Program-made: the position numbers and the translations under genes | The notes under the pieces: generated by a model | What the model saw: the letters and a program-made list of their open reading frames with translations, nothing else | Told to the model about the DNA's origin: nothing | Databases searched by the model: none | NCBI GenBank assembly: GCA_036675025.1 | Contig: JAKFFN010000298.1 | Location: 1 to 57,354, forward strand | Reading direction: 5' to 3' | Origin: Candidatus Sumerlaeales bacterium | GTDB lineage: Bacteria; Sumerlaeota; Sumerlaeia; Sumerlaeales; Sumerlaeaceae | DNA length: 57,354 bases | Part shown: one piece after another, positions 10,601-20,141 of the stretch | Layout of the letters: every line of letters begins with the position of its first letter | How positions within the stretch are numbered: position 1 is the first letter of the stretch

Positions 10601-10933
10601 TTTGGTTTTCTCAAGTTCAGCGAAGCCGAGCTCTATCTGAACTGTTTGATCAGTCGGCAGGCCAGTCATAACAATATGAAACTCTTTACCTACTCGTGCT
10701 GCCTGCACTGATTTACCGGTCGCCTCGCCGGTTATCACGCGCGTCGTCGACGCGATCTGGGTTTCGCCAACAATATCAACGCCATCTGCGGCTCCCGCCT
10801 TTGCAGGTTGCTGGAAAAGAGCGATTAAAATGAACAGCAGGCCGAAGGTGGATCTGCGGGTAGTAAAACTGTATTTAAGAAATGAACTAGGGTTACTCTG
10901 GTTTATCGAAATTTCCGCGCTCCACCTCAGCAA
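7670..10933 (-). CDS. Exported GH116 (GBA2-like) glycoside hydrolase-family protein with N-terminal malectin-like domain and acidic C-terminal tail
   Basis: Signal-like segment ending AKA; malectin-like 'LGFAEL...GAREFNVYVN...FDIF'; GBA2_N 'GVPIGGIGTG', 'FTGSFPFA', 'AWSP..PG..EDSSLP'; 'FAMLEA' nucleophile region; 'YHRSAMAAW'. TTG start has GAGGAG 7 nt upstream. Confidence 0.82.
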   Translation of the reverse strand: MLRWSAEISINQSNPSSFLKYSFTTRRSTFGLLFILIALFQQPAKAGAADGVDIVGETQIASTTRVITGEATGKSVQAARVGKEFHIVMTGLPTDQTVQIELGFAELEKTKTGAREFNVYVNEKRALSSFDIFKEAGGPLKSVVKKFTITPNRGFLDFHFVGTTGDAAVNYIRVTGDGIDRLVTAPVTITPGGSPDEDVVPADQQASFDVETGSVSLDGSAETWNSGVPIGGIGTGKFAILPNGQFANVTINNSWDLPVLRPQGTFLAIAAKARSGSGVARIMQVNPSGTSEKAAFKNHPAYKEVEFTGSFPFARWEFSDKDMYVDAKVEAWSPVSPGNIEDSSLPGGIVSVTLTNSKSYPVSVGVALSWEDLNGRGGSLLPGDQHGFIGRSTHQDAATSTVTGFQITNDFNQQIRQATFTGDYFVGTPIKGASITRKLNWNPRTGSIPWWKTFARELRLDRIPAAPATVTGDPKAGPAASTICVSFNLAPKEVRRVPFIISWYMPEIITLDSADGTPAKEVPNYADRFGSSAGVASYIASKRFEMRQATDEWYEMVDRSSIPQWLKTHTLNSLFPIKSNTVLLKNQRFAMLEAPADMKGMLGPVDLRLAAGDFLRTMYPELEKGELRLYARAQDTATGRIPRYIGNIHGALAGFDPTLLGNDWVDPTACWVLQVAAYWRETGDRDFLNEIKPAMVKARDFLKQQLESGQVADSTNAFTSTNSFTGAGEMTFLNTITALKATPILLQEPATSTEAFVQPFVMGLSQETTSTFAALLSAEYAARQAALPSPLQPDQITKFLETLQANNFADSKPVPLMEVNTAGADTSEKFSFPAPLQTYTGAVGLAAGLAEIGLEPYVRMFQVAYAAQKAPWKQALRYEVPTAARSQIRYHRSAMAAWTLWRGMSGVVHDVPAKRLLLKPQTIGAPDSEMEVPVFTPAFWGWLKYHQNDSTGTLAITRVNPDFTSSTITSIASTITQDGTPQNLVTFAEPFMLEEGATLQLDGWPRKSDGTVTPQKPALPEPIDAITTESLSLEDFETTGSGESTTSLEAKYGGEDVPLTEEEKESDENPEAKADDTIPEDSSEGED

Positions 10934-11342
10934 GAACGTTCTCCTCTACAAATATAGGTATTGTGCGCTTCATGGCCAGCACCATTGCATCGCTTGGCCG
11001 ACTGTCGATCCGGACTTTTTCACCATTTGGCGGTTGAAGTTCCAGTGCCCCAAAGAATGTTCCGTTTTCGAGCCGCGTGATCAGAATGCGAATGAATCTA
11101 GCTTCAAGTCCGTCGATGGTGTTAAGGATCAAGTCGTGAGTCATTGGGCGGCGGAACACCCCGCCGGGCTGGTTGTGGCTTAATAGCACAGCCTCTTCCA
11201 ATGCCCTGGCCTCGATGTGGCCAATGAAGATAGGAAACTCACGGGAGCCGCTTTTTTCAGCAAGTACGATAATGGGAAGATCTCTCGGGTCATCCGATGT
11301 CTGGATTTCCCGCACTTCCATTTCTATAAAGTTTTCCTTCAT
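10893..11342 (-). CDS. Bifunctional nuclease family protein (DUF151)
   Basis: FPIFIG..EA, RPMTHDL, GTFFG.L, IDSRPSDAMVLA, PIFV.E.V. Confidence 0.93.
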   Translation of the reverse strand: MKENFIEMEVREIQTSDDPRDLPIIVLAEKSGSREFPIFIGHIEARALEEAVLLSHNQPGGVFRRPMTHDLILNTIDGLEARFIRILITRLENGTFFGALELQPPNGEKVRIDSRPSDAMVLAMKRTIPIFVEENVLAEVERGNFDKPE

Positions 11343-11382
11343 TGGGAATCACATCCTTCCACCTGACGCCGCATAAACGGGT

Positions 11383-12447
11383 TTAAACCAGTAACTGCAT
11401 GTGGCGCTTGAGTTCTTCAGGTTTGCGGGCGTTGGTAAGCGCTGTATCGCGGCTGATACGGCCGCGTTTGTAGAGATCGGCAATGGCACGATCCATTGTC
11501 TGCATGCCCATACCGCCGCTGGCTTCCACCTGGGTGTAAATCTGGTGAGTTTTACCCTCGCGAATCAGGCTGCGTACAGCATCTGTGCCTAGCAAAATTT
11601 CTACAGCAATAGTGCGTCCTCGTCCTGAGGCTGTGGACAACAGATTCTGACAAAGGATACCTTCGATAACGCCGGCCAATTGCACACGGACCTGCTCCTG
11701 CTGGTGGGGCGGAAAAACGTCGATAACACGGTCAATGGTCTGTGCGACGTCGACAGTGTGAAGGGTGCTGAATACAAGGTGACCCGTCTCGGCGGCGGTT
11801 ATCGCGGCACTGATAGTTTCCAGGTCGCGCATTTCGCCGACCATGATTACGTCCGGGTCCTGGCGAAGCACATATTTCAGGGCATTGGAGAAAGAGTAGG
11901 TGTCTTCATTGACTTCCCTCTGCTCCACCAGTGCCCTCTTGTGTGTGTGCAGGTACTCGATCGGATCTTCTACTGTAATGATGTGACAGTCTCGTTCAGA
12001 GTTAATAAGATCCACAATGGCAGCGAGGGTTGTGGATTTACCTGAGCCGGTCGGGCCGGTTACAAGAACGAGGCCGGAAGGGCGCCGGGCGAGCTTTTCA
12101 CACACGCGCGAAGGAAGGTTGAGTTCTTCGAAGTTTTTGATGTTGGAGTTAATAGCGCGGAATGCTGCGGCTACGCTGCCCCGTTGAAAATGGACATTTA
12201 CACGAAAGCGGCTGATGCTGGAAATACTGAGGGAGAAATCCAGTTCTTTTGTGTCTTCAAATTTCTGCTTTTGGAGGTCAGTAAGTATGCCATACACGAG
12301 GCGCCGCGTATCTGCAGGCGATAAAGGCGCAGCATCGACGTTTACAAGCCGGCCGTCTATCCGCAGAACAGGTGGGCGACCTGCTGCAATATGGAGGTCT
12401 GAAGCATTACGTTCTATTGTCAGGCGCAGCAGTTCCGAAATTTCCAA
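11383..12447 (-). CDS. pilT: Type IV pilus retraction ATPase PilT
   Basis: ASDLHI, GPTGSGKSTT, TVEDPIE, LRQDPD.I.VGEMRD, AETGHLV.STLHT, AVRSLIRE (AIRNLIRE motif), GMQT. TTG start. Confidence 0.95.
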   Translation of the reverse strand: MEISELLRLTIERNASDLHIAAGRPPVLRIDGRLVNVDAAPLSPADTRRLVYGILTDLQKQKFEDTKELDFSLSISSISRFRVNVHFQRGSVAAAFRAINSNIKNFEELNLPSRVCEKLARRPSGLVLVTGPTGSGKSTTLAAIVDLINSERDCHIITVEDPIEYLHTHKRALVEQREVNEDTYSFSNALKYVLRQDPDVIMVGEMRDLETISAAITAAETGHLVFSTLHTVDVAQTIDRVIDVFPPHQQEQVRVQLAGVIEGILCQNLLSTASGRGRTIAVEILLGTDAVRSLIREGKTHQIYTQVEASGGMGMQTMDRAIADLYKRGRISRDTALTNARKPEELKRHMQLLV

Positions 12448-12549
12448 GGGAGTCTCCCTGCTATCATGATGTCGTTAGATAAGCTACTCTCCTGCAATGA
12501 AGCATCAGGATCAAGCTTTCAACTGATTTAGAACGTGTTAGATAATATA

Positions 12550-14277
12550 TTATATCTCGAGCACAACCGGGAGAATGACTGGGAACCGTCCGGTCTCGTT
12601 CTTGATGAACTTTTTGAGAGCCTTGCGGACTTCGGCCTTAACCACCGCCCATTCTTCCTTACTTTCCTTTTCGCAATTCTCAAAGGCCTCAAGTACTACG
12701 TCTTTGCAGCGTTCAAAAAAGCTTTCGTTCTCGTCCATATACAAGAAGCCGCGACTCACAATATCGGGTCCTGCCACCAGTTGGACTGATGCCTTCTCGA
12801 TCACCAGCATCACAATAACCATTCCGTCTTCAGCCAGGTGCCGGCGGTCTCTCAGAACGACTTCGTCAATGTTTCCGATATCACGGCCGTCAACCAGGAC
12901 ACGGCTGACATGGATGCGTTCACCCCGCGCAGCGCCATCAGAATCCATCTCGATCACATCGCCGTTTTGCAGAATGAAGACTTTTTCCGGATCAATGCCC
13001 ATTTCCACGGCAAGATGTTTGTGCTCAATCAGGTGGCGAAACTCACCGTGGATGGGGATCAGGTATTTGGGGCGACATAGCGCGATCATCTGGCGCATTT
13101 CTTCGCGAGCGGCGTGACCGGAGACGTGAACGCCAGCAACATCTGCGTAATAAACCTCAGCACCTCGCCGGAAGAAGTGGTTAATCATGCGGTAAATGGC
13201 GGTTTCATTGCCTGGGATAATGCGGCTTGAAAGAATAACCCGGTCGCCGGGCTTCACTTTTACGTCTTTGTGCTCATCCAGCGAAAGCCGGCTGAGGGCG
13301 CTCATGGGTTCACCCTGGCTGCCGGTAGTCAGGACGATGCGTTTCTCCGGGGGCACCCTGCGCATATCACGGAAATCATAGATCAGGTCAGGGGGATAAT
13401 AGAGCGCGCCCACTTCACCCCCGATGCGGATATTCCTGATCATATTAAGACCTGAGACGAACACCTTCTTTTTGTGCTTACATGCCAGGTTCAGGACTGC
13501 CTGTATCCGATGCAGTGAGGACGAGAAACAGGCAAAGATGATCGAGCGAGGCGCTTCAGCAAAAATGCGGTCAATGGGTTCAATGACTTCGCGCTCGCTG
13601 CGGGAAAAGCCCTCCCGTTCCACGTTGGTGGAATCTGCTAACAGGGCAAGTACACCTTTATCACCATACTGGGCAAAGGCACCGTAGTCGAAAGGTTTGC
13701 CATCCATAGGCGTCGGATCAATTTTGTAATCACCAGTGTGGATAATTACGCCGAACGGCAGCCGAATGGCCACAGCGACAGCATCTGGAATGCTGTGAGT
13801 GACATGGATAAACTCAAAATCAACATCGCCGATGCGTGTGACCTGCCGAGGCTTTATGGTTATCAGTTCGACTTCAGTATCAAGTTTCCACTCTTTCAGG
13901 CGCTCGCGCACCATTGCGCATGTTAGAGCGGTGCCATAAAGCGGTACCCGGATTTGTCCGAGTATGTACGGAAGAGCACCAATGTGATCATCATGAGCAT
14001 GAGTAAGAATAATACCTTTAAAGCGGCTGCGATTTTCCAGGATGTAACCAATATCAGGTATAACAAGGTCGACCCCGAGCAACTCCTCCTCCGGAAATGT
14101 CATGCCGCAGTCGATAGCGAACATATCATTGCCGTACTCGAAGACCATCATGTTCATGCCGATTTCGCCGACACCACCTAATGGTATAATTTTCAGCTTT
14201 TCATAGCGATTAGTTTTCAGCGGCTGAAGTTGTGTCTGTGTTTCAGGTTCTTGTTCAGATTCAAAAAATCGATCCAT
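12550..14277 (-). CDS. rnj: Ribonuclease J
   Basis: PLGGVGEIGMN, THAHDDHIG, HSIPD, HTGDYK, TGSQGEP, HVSGHA, PIHGE. Start set at ATG 14277 (MDRFFE); the 65 upstream codons of the called ORF look non-coding. Confidence 0.96.
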   Translation of the reverse strand: MDRFFESEQEPETQTQLQPLKTNRYEKLKIIPLGGVGEIGMNMMVFEYGNDMFAIDCGMTFPEEELLGVDLVIPDIGYILENRSRFKGIILTHAHDDHIGALPYILGQIRVPLYGTALTCAMVRERLKEWKLDTEVELITIKPRQVTRIGDVDFEFIHVTHSIPDAVAVAIRLPFGVIIHTGDYKIDPTPMDGKPFDYGAFAQYGDKGVLALLADSTNVEREGFSRSEREVIEPIDRIFAEAPRSIIFACFSSSLHRIQAVLNLACKHKKKVFVSGLNMIRNIRIGGEVGALYYPPDLIYDFRDMRRVPPEKRIVLTTGSQGEPMSALSRLSLDEHKDVKVKPGDRVILSSRIIPGNETAIYRMINHFFRRGAEVYYADVAGVHVSGHAAREEMRQMIALCRPKYLIPIHGEFRHLIEHKHLAVEMGIDPEKVFILQNGDVIEMDSDGAARGERIHVSRVLVDGRDIGNIDEVVLRDRRHLAEDGMVIVMLVIEKASVQLVAGPDIVSRGFLYMDENESFFERCKDVVLEAFENCEKESKEEWAVVKAEVRKALKKFIKNETGRFPVILPVVLEI

Positions 14278-14704
14278 ATTCGACTGATATGAGTGAGGGG
14301 ATTGCGAATGCGCAATATGAGATTTTGAGAAATTCAACATGTAGCATTTGCTGTGCAGAAAGAGAATGCCTCTATAAATGAAGGAAGTCTTGAGCTTCTG
14401 GTAGTAAATTGCGGTGGAATGGTTTTCTTTCACCGCAAAATTGCTGAGCAAATGACGAAGGGTGAAGAGCATGGATAGCTGAATTATGGCGGTTTAGACT
14501 TTAGTATAGTCTTCCAAAGGCCGCGCATAATATGTTTCAGCAGATGCTTGAACCGCGTGCCTGGTATTGTATCCGGGTATATGCGGTTTTTGTCATGTTC
14601 AGCGGTCGTGCGGTGTGTGCGGCCGTTTTGCTTTTGAAGTCATACTGAGTAAATAAATGTTAATGCCGCCCCGGCTATAGAACCTGGGCCGCATGGGGTA
14701 ATGA

Positions 14705-17700
14705 ATGAGGGTTCACGAGCTAGCCAAGGCAACGCAGTTAGAAAGTAAGGAAGTTATCGCAATTGCGAAGAAGCATAGAATTGCGATAAAGCCAAGTCCG
14801 AGCGCCAATGTCGAAGATCGCGACATTCGGAAAATGATGCCGCTTATCGATAAGTATAAGTCAGAACTGCAAGTCAAGGCCGACGAAGATCGTAAGAAGA
14901 AGGAAGAGGAACGTCAGCGCAAAGAAGAAGAGCGCCGCCGTAAGGATGAAGAGCGCCGTAAGGAACAGGAACTTAAGCAAAAGGCTGATCTTGTTGCTCG
15001 CAAAAAAGCTGATGACGAAGCCCGCAACGCTGATAAACAGCGTCGTGAGCAGGAGCGCAAGGCTCGTGAGGATATGGTGCGCCTTCAGCGTGAAGAAGAT
15101 ACTCGTCGCCGGCAGGAAGATGAACGTCTACGCAGCCTTGGGTTGCCTATCCCGAAGCGTACGGCAAATTTCCGTCCTCGCATAGCTCCGCCCTCTGCGC
15201 CGGCCCCTCGTCCCGACAATACAGCTCGTTTTAATCCTCGTCCCCAGGGAGAGCAGCGTGCTGCTCAGCCTCGACCGGCAGGTACGCAGCAACAGCAGCG
15301 GCCTGCACGCACAGGTGAGCGCCCGCAAGGTGACAGACCGCAGGGTGATCGTCCGCAGGGCCAGCGTCCGCCTCAGCAGGGTGGATATCAGGGCCGTGGT
15401 GGGCAGGGTGGTGAATTCCGTCCACGTCCGCAGGGCCAGGGTGGTGAGTTTCGCCCACGCCCGCAGGGTCAGGGTGGTGAATATCGTCCGCGTCCGCAGG
15501 GCCAGGGTGGCGAGTATCGTCCGCGTCCTCAGGGCCAGGGTGGCGAATATCGTCCGCGTCCCCAGGGGCAGGGTGGTCAGCGCCCCCAGGGTGGTGGTGG
15601 ATACCAGGGTCAGCGTCCGCCCCGTGAAGGTGGACAGGGCGGTCAGCGTCCCGGTTACCAGGGGCAGCGACCGGGTGGCCAGCAGCAGAATCGTGGTGGT
15701 CAGGCCCCCGCTGGTGGAGCATTAGGATTTTCCGGGCAGCTTTCGGAAACCAATCTGCCGCAGATTGGCGTGATGCGTCTTGATAAGCCGCAGAGCCGCC
15801 GTCCCGATAAAGATAAGCGTGCCGGTGCAGGTGCCGATAAGAAGCGTGGTAAAGTGGCACCCAGGAAGATTTTTGAGCTCGACGAGGATATGACAATTAC
15901 GTCGAAGCCGAAGAATCCGGCTGCGACACGCGGTACTTTCCAGCAGCCCGGTTTTGGCGCCAGACCTCGTCGTGCCGGTGGCAGAAAAATGCGCAAGGGC
16001 AGCCGCCAGTATGTGCAGCAAGATCTTGGTCCACGCCAGGTAACCGTTGAAGGACCAATTACTGTTTCGCAGTTTGCGGACAAGATTGGTGTGGCACCCA
16101 CTGAGATCATTAAAAAAGTTCTTATCGATATGGGCGAAGCACTGACGATGAACGCTGTGCTGAGCGAAGAGTACATCGAATTGCTCGCGCCTGATTTTAA
16201 CGTAGAACTTGAGATCATCCCCGTTGGCGATGAGTATGATATCGAGGAATACACTGGACCTGATCCTGAGGGATCGCTCAAGCGTCGTCCGCCCGTTGTT
16301 ACGATCATGGGTCACGTTGACCACGGTAAAACCAGCTTGCTTGACTACATCCGTAATTCAAAGGTCGTCGCCGGCGAGTTTGGTGGTATCACGCAGCACA
16401 TTGGCGCTTACCACGTTAACACCGCGAAGGGCGACATCGTGTTCCTGGATACCCCGGGCCACGAAGCTTTTACCAGCATGCGTGCACGCGGTGCAGGCGT
16501 AACCGACCTTGTTATCCTGGTCGTGGCAGCAGACGATGGTTTCATGCCTCAGACTATTGAAGCTGTGCACCACTCGCAGGCGGCTGGCGTTCCCATCGTG
16601 GTTGCCATAAACAAGGTAGACCTGCCGGCGGCTGATCCTGCAAAGGTAAAGCAGGAAGCTCTCCAGCACAACCTGATTTCGGAAGAGTTCGGTGGCGAAA
16701 CTATTTTCGTGGAGATCAGTGCGAAGACAGGCCTGAATGTGGACAGTCTTCTTGAAATGGTGGCGCTGCAGGCTGAAATTCTTGACCTGAAAGCAAATCC
16801 GGATCGCGCGGCACAGGGTATAATTATTGAGTCTCATATGGACCCAAACCGCGGTGCCGTGGCTACGGTGCTCATACAGCGTGGAACGTTGCGTGTGAAC
16901 GATTACTTCGTGAGCGGCAGCATAAGCGGCCGCGTACGCGCCATGAACAACGATCGTGGACGTGCTATCAAAGAAGCTGGTCCTGCGCATCCTGCGGAAA
17001 TCATCGGTCTTACGGGTTCGCCCAGTGCCGGTGAACCTGTGATTGTTGTGCCTGACGAACAGATTGCCCGTGATATTGCTGAGCGCCGTGAGTTCCGTCG
17101 CCGTTCAGTTGAACTTGCACCGGCAACCAACAAGCACATCACGCTGGAAAATCTGCATGAGTTCATTGAGGAAGGCAAAACCAAAGAACTCAACATGATC
17201 ATCAAGGCCGACGTGCAGGGTTCGGTTGAGGCAATCCGCCAGTCGCTGGAAAAAATTACCAGCGACGAGATCAAGATCCGGATTCTGCATACTGCGGTTG
17301 GCGGCATCAATGACAGTGACGTAAACCTGGCGGCTGCTTCTGAAGCCATCATTATCGGGTTTAACGTAAGGCCGGAGTCGAGTGCACAGGAACTTGCTAA
17401 CCATGAAGGCGTGGATATTAAGACGTACCGGATCATCTACGACCTTATCGAAGACGTGAAAGCTGCTATCGTGGGTATGCTTTCTCCGACTTTCAAGGAG
17501 AAGATCCTCGGCCATGCAGAAATCCGCCAGGTCTTCAGGGCTTCAAGGCTCGGCAACATTGCCGGCTGCTATGTGAAGGACGGCGAGATTATCCGCGACT
17601 GCAAGGTTCGTGTGCTTCGTGATAACGTAGTTGTTTACGAAGGCCAGCTTGGCAGCCTGCGCCGCGTGAAAGAAGACGTTAAGAAAGTCACCACAAACAT

Positions 17701-17815
17701 GGAGTGCGGTCTGACGGTGCAGAACTTCAATGACGTTAAAGAAGGTGATGTAATTGAAGCGTATGAACTGGAGCAGATCGCCCCGACGCTCGCTTCAATC
17801 GGTACGAAAGAATAG
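14705..17815 (+). CDS. infB: Translation initiation factor IF-2
   Basis: MRVHELAK N-domain; [59 protein letters not shown]. Confidence 0.98.
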   Translation: MRVHELAKATQLESKEVIAIAKKHRIAIKPSPSANVEDRDIRKMMPLIDKYKSELQVKADEDRKKKEEERQRKEEERRRKDEERRKEQELKQKADLVARKKADDEARNADKQRREQERKAREDMVRLQREEDTRRRQEDERLRSLGLPIPKRTANFRPRIAPPSAPAPRPDNTARFNPRPQGEQRAAQPRPAGTQQQQRPARTGERPQGDRPQGDRPQGQRPPQQGGYQGRGGQGGEFRPRPQGQGGEFRPRPQGQGGEYRPRPQGQGGEYRPRPQGQGGEYRPRPQGQGGQRPQGGGGYQGQRPPREGGQGGQRPGYQGQRPGGQQQNRGGQAPAGGALGFSGQLSETNLPQIGVMRLDKPQSRRPDKDKRAGAGADKKRGKVAPRKIFELDEDMTITSKPKNPAATRGTFQQPGFGARPRRAGGRKMRKGSRQYVQQDLGPRQVTVEGPITVSQFADKIGVAPTEIIKKVLIDMGEALTMNAVLSEEYIELLAPDFNVELEIIPVGDEYDIEEYTGPDPEGSLKRRPPVVTIMGHVDHGKTSLLDYIRNSKVVAGEFGGITQHIGAYHVNTAKGDIVFLDTPGHEAFTSMRARGAGVTDLVILVVAADDGFMPQTIEAVHHSQAAGVPIVVAINKVDLPAADPAKVKQEALQHNLISEEFGGETIFVEISAKTGLNVDSLLEMVALQAEILDLKANPDRAAQGIIIESHMDPNRGAVATVLIQRGTLRVNDYFVSGSISGRVRAMNNDRGRAIKEAGPAHPAEIIGLTGSPSAGEPVIVVPDEQIARDIAERREFRRRSVELAPATNKHITLENLHEFIEEGKTKELNMIIKADVQGSVEAIRQSLEKITSDEIKIRILHTAVGGINDSDVNLAAASEAIIIGFNVRPESSAQELANHEGVDIKTYRIIYDLIEDVKAAIVGMLSPTFKEKILGHAEIRQVFRASRLGNIAGCYVKDGEIIRDCKVRVLRDNVVVYEGQLGSLRRVKEDVKKVTTNMECGLTVQNFNDVKEGDVIEAYELEQIAPTLASIGTKE
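15401..15565 (+). repeat. Coding tandem repeat in infB: 5 x 33 nt (GQGGE[F/Y]RPRPQ)
   Basis: Five consecutive 11-aa units with synonymous differences, flanked by degenerate G/Q/R/P-rich copies. Confidence 0.95.
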
Positions 17816-17838
17816 AAATAGCCACATCTGAAGGTTCT

Positions 17839-17876
17839 GAGCCACCAGCGAAAGCTGGTGGCTCTTTCTGTTTTTT
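17839..17876 (+). terminator. Intrinsic terminator of infB
   Basis: GAGCCACCAGC-GAAA-GCTGGTGGCTC perfect 11-bp stem with GNRA loop, then TTTCTGTTTTTT. Confidence 0.92.
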
Positions 17877-17878
17877 AT

Positions 17879-18661
17879 CTAAGTAGATTGCTTTACGCTA
17901 GTATAGAGCGTGGCAATGCCAAACGAGAGCTTCCTGGCGGTGGTCGGAGAACCTGTTGCTTCGGACATTAACTCACAGAAAGCCTGGCCTTCAGGGAATT
18001 GTTCCACAGACTTGGACAAGTAACTATAGGCACGGGTGCCGGTAACCAGCTTACCAATGAGGGGAAGGATATGGGCGAAGTAAAACGCAAAGCCGACATC
18101 AATAACCGGGTTCCTAGTTTTAGAAAACTCGAGCACCGCCACAGTCCCGCCCCCACGACAGACTCTGGCCATCTCCTTTAGCCCGATCAGGGGGTTAACA
18201 ACGTTTCTGATTCCAAAGGCGACCGTTACAAGGTCAAAATACCCGTCTGCAAAGGGCAGACATGTCGTGTCGGCTACAAGCGGGACGGGAGTAGGGCCTG
18301 CCGGAAGCCCGGAGAACTTCGCCTTCGCTATCGTCATCATCTGGGGCGTAAAATCTGAACAGATTATTACAGGGTTAATGGCCTGCCGTTCGGCTTCAGC
18401 TCTCAGAGAAAGGGCCAGGTCACCTGTTCCGCCACAGACATCCAGGATTCTCTGAGGTTTTGCTGCGGAAATCGTGGTGCGCGACAGGCAGCGACGCCAT
18501 CGTTTGTCGATGTTTAAACTAAGCGCGTGGTTAAGCGCATCATACGTGGGTGAAATCGTCGCAAACATTCCCCGAACAACTTCCGGAGATTTGGATTTTA
18601 CCCACCTGTCTTCTGGCTTTTCTGCTTTCACCGCGGACGCGTCTCTACTTCTGCTGGTCAT
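17879..18661 (-). CDS. ubiE: UbiE/MenG-family quinone C-methyltransferase
   Basis: MFATI...YDALNHALSL..D.RWR, ILDVCGGTGDLA, LPFADG.FD.VT.AFGIRNV, LEFS, Y.YL..S. Start ATG 18661 preferred; overlaps the xseA end. Confidence 0.92.
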   Translation of the reverse strand: MTSRSRDASAVKAEKPEDRWVKSKSPEVVRGMFATISPTYDALNHALSLNIDKRWRRCLSRTTISAAKPQRILDVCGGTGDLALSLRAEAERQAINPVIICSDFTPQMMTIAKAKFSGLPAGPTPVPLVADTTCLPFADGYFDLVTVAFGIRNVVNPLIGLKEMARVCRGGGTVAVLEFSKTRNPVIDVGFAFYFAHILPLIGKLVTGTRAYSYLSKSVEQFPEGQAFCELMSEATGSPTTARKLSFGIATLYTSVKQST

Positions 18662-20054
18662 CTGTATCCGTTCCGAACCATTCAATTGTACGGGAGGGTT
18701 TTGAACGGCTGACTTTTGCCCGAGGCTTAGCGCCGGCTCCGGGTACGGGTTCGGATACTGCTGTAACCTGACCCTCGCCTAGTATAATTGTCAGGGGAGT
18801 GGCTGGTTTAACTTCCTTAGCTTTTGAGAGTATCCGGCCCGAGGCTGAGTTATAAGTGATACTGTAACCGCGCTTTAGAATTGCCTTAGGGTTTAGCGTG
18901 CGGAGCTGGCCATCCAGATTCAGTATCGAGTGCTTACGGCGCTGTATCTTGTCTGTAAGGGTCCGGTTCATCGTTTCCAGAAGACTATCATGGTGCTGCT
19001 TGGCCTGGTTCACTCGCTGCATTGGCATCTGTATTCCGTAACTGCGATCAAACTCTTTCAGCTGCATCCGGAGAGCAGAGATTCGCGGGATGACGGCAGA
19101 CTCCAGGCGGGACGCGAGGTGCGGCGCCTGGCGTAGAAAAGATGCGCGGTCGCGTAGAGCGCGAAATGCACGGCCCTGCAAGATTTGTACTTGCCGAAGG
19201 AGATCGGCGGAATCTTTGGCAACCAGCTCGGCTGCGGCAGAGGGGGTAGGCGCCCGGAGGTCGGCCACATAGTCAGCAATCGTAGTATCGGTCTCGTGAC
19301 CGACCGCAGATATGACAGGTATGTTGGAATTCCAGATAGCTCGCGCAACCACTTCCTCGTTAAAAGCCCACAGGTCTTCGAGGGATCCACCTCCGCGACC
19401 TACAATGAGCACATCTACCGGCAAATCCAGAGCGTTGAAGCGCTGGATGCCCACGGCTACTTCCCGGGCGGCACCTTCGCCCTGTACGCGGGCCGGCCAA
19501 ATCAGTACATGGATATGGGGTGCGCGGCGGGTAAGAATGTTCAGCATATCCCTGATAGCCGCGCCTGTAGGGGACGTGACAATTCCAATGCGATGGGGAT
19601 GGGGCGGCAGAGGTTTCTTGTGTGCTGGATCAAAAAGCCCTTCCGCTGCCAGGCGTTCCTTCATTTCCATAAACGCCTGGTAAAGCTTGCCCAAGCCAGC
19701 GGGACGCATGGAAGTGACGCGGAGCTGATACTGCCCCCGCTGATCATAAACTGTCAGCTTACCCCGGGCTTCAACTTTGGCCCCATTGTCCGGCTGAAAC
19801 TTCAGGCGGGTGGCGTCGCTTGCCCACACAACGCAATGGATGAGCGCACCGGAGTCTTTCAGATCAAAGTAAAGATGACCGGATGAGGCCCCCTTGAATC
19901 CTGAAATTTCGCCTTCTACCAGCACATCCGAAACCTGTGTCTCCAGCAGCCGCCGAATTTTCTGGGTTAACTCAGAGATCGTCAGCGGACGCACAGCGGC
20001 TTCGGTACGGGCCGTAAAACCGGCAATATTATCAGCGGGAAAAATGTCACTCAT
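18645..20054 (-). CDS. xseA: Exodeoxyribonuclease VII large subunit
   Basis: VEGEISG...SGHLYFDLKD, GIVTSPTGAAIRD, VQGEGA, RGGGSLEDLWAFNEE, SAVGHETD, RAPTPSAAAE, L.RGYS. Start set at ATG 20054. Confidence 0.96.
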   Translation of the reverse strand: MSDIFPADNIAGFTARTEAAVRPLTISELTQKIRRLLETQVSDVLVEGEISGFKGASSGHLYFDLKDSGALIHCVVWASDATRLKFQPDNGAKVEARGKLTVYDQRGQYQLRVTSMRPAGLGKLYQAFMEMKERLAAEGLFDPAHKKPLPPHPHRIGIVTSPTGAAIRDMLNILTRRAPHIHVLIWPARVQGEGAAREVAVGIQRFNALDLPVDVLIVGRGGGSLEDLWAFNEEVVARAIWNSNIPVISAVGHETDTTIADYVADLRAPTPSAAAELVAKDSADLLRQVQILQGRAFRALRDRASFLRQAPHLASRLESAVIPRISALRMQLKEFDRSYGIQMPMQRVNQAKQHHDSLLETMNRTLTDKIQRRKHSILNLDGQLRTLNPKAILKRGYSITYNSASGRILSKAKEVKPATPLTIILGEGQVTAVSEPVPGAGAKPRAKVSRSKPSRTIEWFGTDTDDQQK

Positions 20055-20092
20055 ACTGAATCCATCCATACCGCCCTGAAACATTAATCTAC

Positions 20093-20126
20093 AAAAAAAG
20101 CCCGGGATAACTGCTCCCGGACTTTT
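20093..20126 (-). terminator. Intrinsic terminator downstream of ctpA
   Basis: Minus strand AAAAGTCCGGGA-GCAGTTA-TCCCGGGCTTTTTTT. Confidence 0.8.
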
Positions 20127-20141
20127 CATCAATAGGGGTTG

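Noticed and set aside
14278-14472. 65-codon N-terminal extension of RNase J in the ORF track
   Set aside because: Looks like intergenic sequence with inverted repeats; homology begins after MDRFFE.
15231-15896. Antisense 221-aa ORF with HHPGPADAD repeats, and frame-shifted 155-aa ORF with RVRRARVV repeats
   Set aside because: Alternative-frame readings of the IF2 33-nt repeat; synonymous variation follows the IF2 frame.
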